From the NCBI GenBank assembly GCA_023230535.1, contig JALNXC010000001.1, positions 1 through 25,277 of the forward strand: DNA of 25,277 nt. Direction: 5' to 3'. Below the pieces are notes generated by a model. The model did not search any database. It saw nothing but the letters and a program-made list of their open reading frames with translations, and had not been told where the DNA came from. This stretch comes from Alkaliphilus sp. Its GTDB lineage: Bacteria > Bacillota > Clostridia > Peptostreptococcales > Natronincolaceae. Made by a program: the position numbers and the translations under genes. Position 1 is the first letter of the stretch. Each line of letters opens with the position of its first letter. Below, piece after piece: positions 7,339 through 14,834 of the stretch.

Positions 7339-8346
7339 ATGGAAAAAATTAATTCAGTGTTCAGATCTGCAATCGGCCGAATAAGAGGGCAGAAAGGAGA
7401 TAGGGCCAATAGTTTTCGGTTTAAAAAGTATTATTTGAGAACCCAAAATGGTGATAGGGGTGCATTTGCAAAGATACTTGATTATTTAGTATCGAGAATA
7501 ATTATACCGGTCATATTATTTTTATTTTTATACTTGAAAACGGATAAATTATATTTATCTACTTTTATTGCATTGGTTGTGGGGGCTGTATTTTATGTCA
7601 TGGGTATGAGGAACGGAATTCGCAGGTTTCAACAAATTAAGGAACAAAAGAGACGATATGTCGCGAGTCAAAAGATTTACAATGAAATTATGAATAAAAC
7701 GACAGGTGAAATGGGGGACTATATTCAGGAGGTATTTGCTCCTATGGGTTTTAACCAATTTGAATTTATTAGAGGTGCTCAAAAATATATATTATTAAAA
7801 TCCTTATATAAGGGTAATAAAGTTATAATACAGTTCGATATATATAGAAAAGGTTTTGATGTAGAATTGAAAGAAGTAAAAGAATTCATTTATACTATGG
7901 CCGATAATAAAATGAAAAAGGGAATTTTGATCACTGCATCGGATTTTACAAAGGACAGTTATGATTTTATAAATAAATTGAGCAAAAATTATACCTTGTT
8001 GCTCATCAACAGGGAAAAATTATTAAAAATAATTGAACAAAATGGTTTATTTCCTGATGAGGAAGAAATAGATGAAATAATTGAAAGTAAAATAAGCAAG
8101 AAAGAAAACAGATTAGATGAATATAAAAAAATAATTTTATCTAAAAGTAAAATCAGGGGATATATAATATTAGCTCTATACCTAATATTAACAGCTTGGT
8201 ATACTCCCTATATAATTTATTATATGATTGCAGCCGGTTTTATCATGGCCTTAGCTTTTATTACTTTTATATTTAATATTGGATATAATTCTGAAATGGA
8301 GAAAGATAAATCGATGGATTTCAGGGAATTATTGAAGAATATGTAG
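7339..8346 (+). CDS. Membrane protein with a central Mrr-like (restriction endonuclease type IV) domain, 335 aa
   Basis: Two N-terminal and two C-terminal hydrophobic helices. The centre matches the Mrr_cat pattern (IIQFDIY, VELKEVKEF, KGILITASDFT, LLINREKL). Start moved to ATG 7339 (RBS GGGAG), downstream of the terminator. Confidence 0.72.
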   Translation: MEKINSVFRSAIGRIRGQKGDRANSFRFKKYYLRTQNGDRGAFAKILDYLVSRIIIPVILFLFLYLKTDKLYLSTFIALVVGAVFYVMGMRNGIRRFQQIKEQKRRYVASQKIYNEIMNKTTGEMGDYIQEVFAPMGFNQFEFIRGAQKYILLKSLYKGNKVIIQFDIYRKGFDVELKEVKEFIYTMADNKMKKGILITASDFTKDSYDFINKLSKNYTLLLINREKLLKIIEQNGLFPDEEEIDEIIESKISKKENRLDEYKKIILSKSKIRGYIILALYLILTAWYTPYIIYYMIAAGFIMALAFITFIFNIGYNSEMEKDKSMDFRELLKNM

Positions 8347-8469
8347 TTGATATATTATTTTTTCCGGAATAGGCGGTACAAATACTTTCGATATATTTGT
8401 TTGATTTTTAATATGAAAACACATATAATACTACTTAATATATCAAAAATTACCGAAGGGGGAATTATT

Positions 8470-9048
8470 ATGAAAAAAAATATGCTTCCGGCCGCTTTAT
8501 CAAATAGACATATTCACTTAACTGAGGAAGATATTGAAATACTATTTGGTAGAGATTATGATTTAGTTAAACTCAGGGATTTATCGCAACCGGGGCAATA
8601 TGCATGTGAAGAAAAAATAGACTTGGTTGGGCCTAAGGGTACTATTAAAGGAGTTAGGGTTCTGGGCCCGGCAAGGACAAAAACACAGGTGGAGATTTCT
8701 TTAGCAGACGGTTTTACCTTGGGTATTGTTCCTCCGGTAAAAGATTCGGGGGATGTCACGGGGAGCCCGGGGATTAAAATAGTAGGGCCAAAGGGAGAAT
8801 TGGAAATTCAGGAAGGGTTGATTGCCGCGGCAAGGCATATACATATCAATCCCGATGATGCGGAAGCGTTTGGCGTGGTAGATGGTCAAAGGGTAAAGGT
8901 CAGAACATTTGGATTCAGGGCCCTTATATTTGAAAATGTTTTAATAAGGCTTGGGGATACATCTGTTCTTGAAATGCACGTTGACATAGAAGAGGGCAAT
9001 GCTGCCGGGCTTAAAAACGGTGATTTGGTGGAGTTAATTGTAGATTAA
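8470..9048 (+). CDS. pduL: PduL-family phosphate acyltransferase (192 aa)
   Basis: SNRHIHL, LSQPGQYA, VRVLGP.R..TQVEIS, AARHIH and MHVD..EGNAA motifs. Start moved to ATG 8470 (RBS AAGGGGG). Confidence 0.92.
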   Translation: MKKNMLPAALSNRHIHLTEEDIEILFGRDYDLVKLRDLSQPGQYACEEKIDLVGPKGTIKGVRVLGPARTKTQVEISLADGFTLGIVPPVKDSGDVTGSPGIKIVGPKGELEIQEGLIAAARHIHINPDDAEAFGVVDGQRVKVRTFGFRALIFENVLIRLGDTSVLEMHVDIEEGNAAGLKNGDLVELIVD

Positions 9049-9063
9049 TTTAAAAAATAGAGG

Positions 9064-9096
9064 TTGAGGACGGGCAAATTTTCTGTCTGTCCTCAA
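9064..9096. terminator. Hairpin between pduL and deoC
   Basis: ttgaggacgggca/tgtctgtcctcaa, a 13-bp stem with G-U pairs. The U tract is poor. Confidence 0.5.
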
Positions 9097-9121
9097 TTAA
9101 TTATACACCGATTTGGGGGAA

Positions 9122-9778
9122 ATGAGAGTGGATATAGCAAAATATATAGATCATGCCGTACTGAAACCTGAAACAACTGAAATAGAGGTTAAAAAGGCAT
9201 GTGAAGAAGCAAAAAAATATGGTTTTTATTCCGTATGTGTGAATGGGGCAAATGTTGCATTTGCGTGTGAACAGTTAAAAGGGACCGATATAAAAGTAGC
9301 TGCTGTTATAGGGTTTCCCTTGGGGGCCGTTACTTCTGAGGTTAAAGTCTTTGAAGCTAAAAATGTTATAGATAATGGCGCCGAAGAGATAGATATGGTA
9401 ATCAACATCGGAGCGCTCAAAGGAGGAAATACCGAAAAGGTTTTAAATGATATAAGATCCGTAGTCGATGTCGCGAAAGATCGGGCTATAGTTAAGGTGA
9501 TAATTGAAACTTGTTTATTGACCGATAAGGAAAAGATATTGGTTTGCAAGTTAGCCAAAAAAGCGGGAGCCGACTTTGTTAAGACCTCTACCGGTTTCAA
9601 CATAGGTGGTGCGGCCATAGAAGACGTAAGACTTATGAGGGAGGCCGTAGGACCGGGAATGGGTATAAAGGCTTCCGGCGGAATCGGAGATTTTAAAACC
9701 GCTTTGGCTATGATAGAGGCGGGGGCTACAAGAATTGGTGCCGGTGCATCGGTAGATATAATTAAATTTAAACAATGA
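9122..9778 (+). CDS. deoC: Deoxyribose-phosphate aldolase
   Basis: [19 protein letters not shown], Schiff-base motif DFVKTSTGF, and IKASGGI. ATG 9122 follows GGGGGA. Confidence 0.96.
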   Translation: MRVDIAKYIDHAVLKPETTEIEVKKACEEAKKYGFYSVCVNGANVAFACEQLKGTDIKVAAVIGFPLGAVTSEVKVFEAKNVIDNGAEEIDMVINIGALKGGNTEKVLNDIRSVVDVAKDRAIVKVIIETCLLTDKEKILVCKLAKKAGADFVKTSTGFNIGGAAIEDVRLMREAVGPGMGIKASGGIGDFKTALAMIEAGATRIGAGASVDIIKFKQ

Positions 9779-9780
9779 TG

Positions 9781-9898
9781 ATGGATGATGATATATTAAA
9801 CAAGCTTAATATCGAAATACCTAATAGAGAAGATGCTTTTTCCTATAGTCATGGGTGGAGGATTCACCGGTGGCGGAGGCGGTACAGGCGGATTTTAA
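9781..9898 (+). pseudogene. Frameshifted relic ending in a Gly-rich C-terminus (GGGFTGGGGGTGGF*), DUF2207-like
   Basis: A GC-rich run of Gly codons ends in TAA at 9896-9898 inside an AT-rich spacer. That frame is closed by TAA at 9797. The family assignment is from remembered similarity only. Confidence 0.45.
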
Positions 9899-9925
9899 AT
9901 AAAAATACAATGGGGGGTTTGTACG

Positions 9926-10501
9926 ATGAAGGCTTTGGTTATTTTAGGTAGCCCGAGGGTTAACATGAATACGGATACCTTGTTAAATGAAATAATTAAA
10001 GGGTTGCAATCACAAAATGCAGAGGTAGAAAAAATAATGTTAGGCCGGTTGAAATTTGACCCCTGTATTGCATGTGATGTCTGTGCTAAAACGGGGCATT
10101 GTTATAAACAAGATGATTTGACAAGTATTTATGATAAATTTAATAATTCCGATATTATAGTCATCGGTTCACCGATGTATTTTAATTCGGTAACGGCCAT
10201 AACAAAGGCCATGGTCGATAGGTGCCAGTCTTTTTGGTCCAGTAAATATAAATTAAATCAATCTTCTATAGATAGAAACAGAAAAAGAAAAGGTATGTTT
10301 GTAGGCGTGGGTGGAGCAAAATATACAGATCCGGAGAGAGGTTTTATTGGGGCCACGGTGGTAATGGAATTATTTTTTAAGGCGATCAATGCCGAATATA
10401 TGTATAACATGCTTGTAGATAACACGGATGAAACATTTGTGGGTGATAGCGAGGGAGTGCTTAAAGAGGCATATGAAATGGGTGTCAAACTTGCAAACTA
10501 A
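9926..10501 (+). CDS. Iron-sulfur flavoprotein / flavodoxin-like NADPH-dependent FMN reductase
   Basis: ILGSPR...NT, the Cx2Cx2Cx5C motif CIACDVCAKTGHC, and IGSPMYFNSVTAITKAMVDR. Confidence 0.88.
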   Translation: MKALVILGSPRVNMNTDTLLNEIIKGLQSQNAEVEKIMLGRLKFDPCIACDVCAKTGHCYKQDDLTSIYDKFNNSDIIVIGSPMYFNSVTAITKAMVDRCQSFWSSKYKLNQSSIDRNRKRKGMFVGVGGAKYTDPERGFIGATVVMELFFKAINAEYMYNMLVDNTDETFVGDSEGVLKEAYEMGVKLAN

Positions 10502-10532
10502 AAAATCTTGAATTGTGTCACTCCGAATATAA

Positions 10533-10591
10533 CTGAGCATAACGAAGAATCTGTGATATGTTGAAAACACGAGATTCTTCGCTTTGTTCAG
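10533..10591. repeat. Long imperfect palindrome (REP-like element and/or bidirectional terminator)
   Basis: ctgagcataacgaagaatct...agattcttcgctttgttcag with a perfect 10-bp core CGAAGAATCT/AGATTCTTCG, between convergent genes. Confidence 0.65.
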
Positions 10592-10631
10592 GTAGCAATT
10601 TTCACATAATCTGCTGCTCTTGGTTCGTTTA

Positions 10632-11726
10632 TTACACATTAAATCTGAACAGTATAACGTCTCCATCCTGTATTACATATTCCTTGCCCTCTAATCTTAT
10701 AAGGCCTTTTTCCCTGGTTGCGGCATTGCTTCCATGCCTTACTAGGTCCTCGAAGGTAACAACTTCGGCACGTATGAATCCCTTTTCAAAATCCGTATGA
10801 ATTTTACCCGCCGCTTCCGGTGCTTTAGTTCCTTTTTTGATTGTCCAGGCTCTTATTTCTCTTGATTCAGTGGTCAAAAAACTTATCAACCCCAGAAGGG
10901 AATAACAGGCTTGAATTAAGCGTTCCAAGCTTGATTGATTTAACTTTAATTCTTCTAAAAAAAATTGCTTTTCATCTTCGTCTAATTCAGCTATTTCAGC
11001 TTCGATTTTAGCACATATAACAACAACTTCAGCATTTTCATCTTTGGCAAATTTTTTCAGTGTTTGTACATGTGGGTTGTTTGCTCCATCATTTGAAATA
11101 TCGTTTTCGGAAATATTTGCTACATAGATTACGGGTTTCAAGGATAGCAGATCAAAGGTTTTCAATATTTTGGTCTCATTTTCGGTACAGTCTAAAGCTC
11201 TAACGGATGTTCCCTTTTCTAACATGGCCTTCAGCCTTTTTAAAAGTTCAAGTTCTGTTGCTAAACTTTTATCCCCTTTGAATAGTTTTTCAGTTTTTTC
11301 GATTCTTTTTTCAACCATCTCCAGATCTGAAAAGATCAGTTCAAGATTAACTGTCTCAATATCTCTTAGAGGATCTATATCTTCGCCGACATGAGTAATA
11401 TCGGGATCCTCGAAACATCTGACAACATGGACAACAGAAGATACTTCGCAAATATGGGATAAAAATTTATTTCCCAATCCTTCTCCCTTATATGCATCTT
11501 TTACCAGACCCGCAATATCATAGAATTTAACTGTGGCAGGAGTCATTTTTTCAAACCCGTATATGTTTTTTAAAACATCTAATCTATAATCCGGCACAGG
11601 TACTATTCCAATGTTGGGCTCTATAGTACAAAAAGGATAATTGGCCGATTCTACCCCTGCTGTTGTAATCGCGTTAAACAATGTGCTTTTTCCAACATTA
11701 GGTAAACCGATAATGCCAAGTTTCAT
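10632..11726 (-). CDS. ychF: Obg-family ATPase YchF
   Basis: GLPNVGKST, NYPFCT, DIAGLV, GEGLGNKFL, G4 variant NISE, and a C-terminal TGS domain ending GDVILFRFNV. Confidence 0.94.
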   Translation of the reverse strand: MKLGIIGLPNVGKSTLFNAITTAGVESANYPFCTIEPNIGIVPVPDYRLDVLKNIYGFEKMTPATVKFYDIAGLVKDAYKGEGLGNKFLSHICEVSSVVHVVRCFEDPDITHVGEDIDPLRDIETVNLELIFSDLEMVEKRIEKTEKLFKGDKSLATELELLKRLKAMLEKGTSVRALDCTENETKILKTFDLLSLKPVIYVANISENDISNDGANNPHVQTLKKFAKDENAEVVVICAKIEAEIAELDEDEKQFFLEELKLNQSSLERLIQACYSLLGLISFLTTESREIRAWTIKKGTKAPEAAGKIHTDFEKGFIRAEVVTFEDLVRHGSNAATREKGLIRLEGKEYVIQDGDVILFRFNV

Positions 11727-11789
11727 TAAAATCTTCTCCTCTATATTAAATATATATTTTAATTGATGTTAAAAATAAGTACAATTCAA

Positions 11790-11818
11790 ATTATACAATA
11801 TTTCTTATTTATTGGCAA
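11790..11818 (-). promoter_or_regulatory. Sigma-A-type promoter for ychF
   Basis: Minus strand reads TTGCCA, 17 bp, TATAAT, about 64 bp upstream of the ATG. Confidence 0.65.
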
Positions 11819-11981
11819 TGAATGAAAATTTTATGAATTTAAATAAAGTTTTTAAAATGGATTTATAAGGATATATAGAATAAAAAGTGGAATTTAATTA
11901 TGTTAATCAATAGAAAATAGTGAAAAATATAGTTTAATAAAAAGAAATATAAGAGAAACAATATATACAGGAGGTGATACT

Positions 11982-12557
11982 TTGAAAAATAAAAGTATAA
12001 TTTTAACAATCTGTATATTATTGATTATATCCTTGATAGCCGGATGCAGGCCGGCTCAAAGACCGGAACCGCGTACAACGCCGGCCCCCGATCAACAAGG
12101 CATAGATAGGGATGGGGTTACGGATGGAAACAATGTTCCGGGGACGGGTTTGGAAGAATCCGGGGATAATAAAATGCTTACAGATAATAATAGGCCCATT
12201 ACGGATAATAGAACCACCACGGATAATATGAGCGAAAGGGCCGATAGAATTGTAAGAGAGGTAGAAAGCGTAGATGATGTTAGAAGGGCTGCAGTAGTTA
12301 TTACAGAAGGTACTGCATTGGTGGGTATAGATTTAACTTCCGGAACTAAGGGTGAATTAAATAGCCAAATTAAACGAGATGTGGAAAACGCGGTTAAGAG
12401 GGCCGACAGAGATATAACCAAGGTCAGTGTAACCGCAGACCCGGACATATTCACGAGAATAGAAAACATTGCTGGAGATATAGGTGAAGGCCGTCCGTTG
12501 AGCGGATTTGGCACTGAAATAAAGGAAATTATGAGAAGAATAACACCGGGCACATAA
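11982..12557 (+). CDS. YhcN/YlaJ-family sporulation lipoprotein
   Basis: RBS GGAGGTGA, TTG start, signal peptide with lipobox LIAGC, and the ALVGIDL...VSVTADPDIFTRIENI...GRPLSGF domain. Confidence 0.88.
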   Translation: MKNKSIILTICILLIISLIAGCRPAQRPEPRTTPAPDQQGIDRDGVTDGNNVPGTGLEESGDNKMLTDNNRPITDNRTTTDNMSERADRIVREVESVDDVRRAAVVITEGTALVGIDLTSGTKGELNSQIKRDVENAVKRADRDITKVSVTADPDIFTRIENIAGDIGEGRPLSGFGTEIKEIMRRITPGT

Positions 12558-12730
12558 GAAATTCTTAGTTTTAAGGTAGTTTTAACTCCTATAAGATACG
12601 GAATTTTATGGTTATATTTGCGGGTGATATTCTTATAGACGATACTCTGTGAATATATTTAGATTCATAAATTTTTCATATGCTGTCTGCGGAAATAAAA
12701 GTATTAAAATTGCATACTATCAAATAGGAG

Positions 12731-12776
12731 AAAAATGAATAAAGACAAATTTCTCTCGTCTTTATTCATTTTTTAT
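12731..12776 (+). terminator. Strong intrinsic terminator upstream of lgt
   Basis: Perfect 16-bp stem aaaaatgaataaagac/gtctttattcattttt followed by more T. Confidence 0.85.
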
Positions 12777-12915
12777 TTGTTTTTATTTATTACTTATTAA
12801 ACTAAATTTGTTTGAAAAAGTACAATTCCCGACTTTTAAATGTGGTTTAAATGTAATATAATATAACGTATCAGTTTAAAAACACGATTGGGTTTTTATG
12901 GAGGAAGGTGGTTTA

Positions 12916-13644
12916 ATGAATCCGGTGGCTTTTAGAATTTTTGGAATAGAAGTAGCTTGGTACGGTATCCTGATTTCTTTAGGTATATTGTTTGGAATTC
13001 TAATAGCTACTCATAGAGCCAAAAAGGAGGGTTTATACGCTGATATCATAATGGATCTGGCACTTGTAACAGTACCGGCTGCGATTATCGGTTCCAGGGT
13101 ATATTATGTTTTATTCAGTTGGGAATTTTACAGACAAAATCCCGGGGAAATTCTTAATATAAGGCAGGGTGGATTGGCCATACATGGTGCCATCATCGCG
13201 GGAGTATTGGTGGGGTACCTATTTTGCCGTCATAAAAAGGTTGGATTTTGGACTCTTGCAGATGTATGCGCTCCAAGCATTATATTAGGGCAAGCTATCG
13301 GAAGGTGGGGCAATTTTATCAATCAAGAGGCACATGGCGGTCCTACGAACTTGCCTTGGGGTATAGAGATTAACGGTATAAAGGTACATCCTACATTTTT
13401 ATACGAATCATTATGGAATTTTGGAGTGTTTGGTTTTTTGCTGTATTATTCTAACAAGAAAAAATATAAGGGACAGGTATTTATTTTTTATTTAATTTTA
13501 TATTCTATTGCCAGATACCTTATAGAGGGTTTAAGAACCGATAGTTTGATGTTGGGTTCTTTTAGGGTTGCACAGCTGATAAGCATATTTAGTATTGTTA
13601 TTGCTGTTGCCGTGGATTTAATTAAGAGAAAGCAAAATAGTTAA
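12916..13644 (+). CDS. lgt: Prolipoprotein diacylglyceryl transferase
   Basis: WYG, GGLAIHG, IGRWGNF.NQE and HPTFLYES motifs. ATG 12916 is preferred because of the RBS AAGGTGG. Confidence 0.96.
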   Translation: MNPVAFRIFGIEVAWYGILISLGILFGILIATHRAKKEGLYADIIMDLALVTVPAAIIGSRVYYVLFSWEFYRQNPGEILNIRQGGLAIHGAIIAGVLVGYLFCRHKKVGFWTLADVCAPSIILGQAIGRWGNFINQEAHGGPTNLPWGIEINGIKVHPTFLYESLWNFGVFGFLLYYSNKKKYKGQVFIFYLILYSIARYLIEGLRTDSLMLGSFRVAQLISIFSIVIAVAVDLIKRKQNS

Positions 13645-13813
13645 ATATATAGTTAAATTTCATAAGATATTATATTTGTAATTTAAAATACAATATATAT
13701 ATTGAGTATAGACAAATTTGCACATAAAATTTGATTTATGTGATTAAAACGAGCAATTGGGAGAAAAAAACAGTAAATGTCTAATAATACTACATTATTT
13801 AATTTAATTTTAT

Positions 13814-13842
13814 TTGACAAATCTTGTATATTTGAATAAAAT
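13814..13842 (+). promoter_or_regulatory. Sigma-A-type promoter of the Spo0E-like gene
   Basis: TTGACA (13814-13819), 17 bp, TAAAAT (13837-13842). Confidence 0.72.
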
Positions 13843-13908
13843 TTGATTACAGCTAATCCGATACGAGATTAAGCAAACTGAATGACGGTTAAGATTGAGG
13901 TGGAAAAG

Positions 13909-14058
13909 ATGCTAAAGAATGAAATTGAGCGCCTTCAAAACATGTTAAACAGTGCTATTGAGGGCAATCAAGATGAAGAATTAATATATGATTTAAGCAT
14001 TCAACTGGACGAATTGATAGTGAGCTATTATAAGGAGATAGAATTAAAGGTTAGCTAG
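13909..14058 (+). CDS. Spo0E-family aspartyl-phosphate phosphatase-like peptide (49 aa; not in the supplied ORF track)
   Basis: MLKNEIERLQNMLNSAIEGNQDEELIYDLSIQLDELIVSYYKEIELKVS. RBS GAGGTGG; two-helix pattern with SIQLD resembling the Spo0E signature SQELD. Confidence 0.8.
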   Translation: MLKNEIERLQNMLNSAIEGNQDEELIYDLSIQLDELIVSYYKEIELKVS

Positions 14059-14241
14059 GAATACCGGCAACCGATAATTTAAAAAATTATATATAATAAA
14101 AAATTTAACTTAGGTACATACCAAGATTAAATATTAAACGAAATTGTTAAGGAATTAACTATACTTAAAATTTAGATAGTTAATTACAAAATTTAAATTA
14201 AAATTATACTAAATATATAAATATATTAGATAATTGATTGC

Positions 14242-14267
14242 AACTGCTACTATGTGGCAGTTTTTTT
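14242..14267 (+). terminator. Terminator before the dcw promoter
   Basis: aactgcta/tggcagtt 8-bp stem (one G-U), followed by a T run. Confidence 0.6.
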
Positions 14268-14330
14268 ATTTTTTAAAAAATAATTTTAAATTTAGAAGGA
14301 TTTTAGGAAAAATAATAGAATTAGTATGTA

Positions 14331-14360
14331 AAAGTGGTACAAAGTGGTATGTAGTGGGTT
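14331..14360 (+). promoter_or_regulatory. MraZ-binding repeats (3 x AGTGG, 10-bp period) just downstream of a candidate -10 (TAGAAT 14316-14321)
   Basis: aaaGTGGtac-aaaGTGGtat-gtaGTGGgtt, with GTGG at 14334, 14344 and 14354. Matches the known GTGG/GTGGG repeat operators of MraZ. Confidence 0.8.
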
Positions 14361-14385
14361 GAAAGTCCATAAGGATGGGATAAAA

Positions 14386-14817
14386 ATGTTTATTGGAGAA
14401 TATTGCCATTCGGTTGATGTTAAGGGGAGAGTGAGTATCCCGGCAAAATTTAGAGAGGAATTGGGAGAAAATTTTATCCTTACAAAAGGGTTAGATAATT
14501 GTTTATTTATATATTCCATGGGTGAATGGGACATATTGGAAAGTAAATTGAAACAATTACCGTTGACTAATAGGGATGCGAGAGCTTTTGTGAGATTCTT
14601 TTTTTCAGGTGCGACCGAATGCGAATTGGATGGCCAGGGAAGAATAAGGATTGCAAATAATCTGAGAGAACATGCTAATTTGGAGAAAGAAGCAGTAATT
14701 ATAGGAGTAGGTACAAGGGTAGAGATTTGGAGCAATCATGAGTGGCAAAGATATAACAGCGATGATAATTTAAGTTACGATGAAATAGCAGGCAAGATGG
14801 CAGAATTAGGCATCTAA
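14386..14817 (+). CDS. mraZ: Division/cell-wall cluster transcriptional repressor MraZ (143 aa)
   Basis: MFIGEY.HSVD.KGR..IPAKFRE and ELDGQGRI motifs. Start moved to ATG 14386. Confidence 0.96.
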   Translation: MFIGEYCHSVDVKGRVSIPAKFREELGENFILTKGLDNCLFIYSMGEWDILESKLKQLPLTNRDARAFVRFFFSGATECELDGQGRIRIANNLREHANLEKEAVIIGVGTRVEIWSNHEWQRYNSDDNLSYDEIAGKMAELGI

Positions 14818-14834
14818 TAAATGAAGGTGGTAAA

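Noticed and set aside
8347-8469. N-terminal extension of PduL as an encapsulation peptide
   Set aside because: AT-rich intergenic sequence without an RBS. The RBS supports ATG 8470.
9226-9618. 130-aa minus-strand ORF
   Set aside because: Antisense shadow of deoC.
10370-10800. ORFs 10370-10666 (-) and 10558-10800 (+)
   Set aside because: They overlap real genes and the palindrome, lack an RBS, and have no recognisable motifs.
12180-12230. Three ACRGATAAT repeats in yhcN/ylaJ
   Set aside because: They encode T-D-N repeats in the low-complexity linker typical of this family.
12092-12553. 153-aa minus-strand ORF
   Set aside because: Antisense shadow of yhcN/ylaJ.
13852-13874. Leader hairpin before the Spo0E-like gene as a c-di-GMP riboswitch
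   Set aside because: A small imperfect stem only. It lacks the two-hairpin GEMM architecture and an expression platform.
14292-14735. 147-aa minus-strand ORF
   Set aside because: Antisense shadow of mraZ and its promoter.
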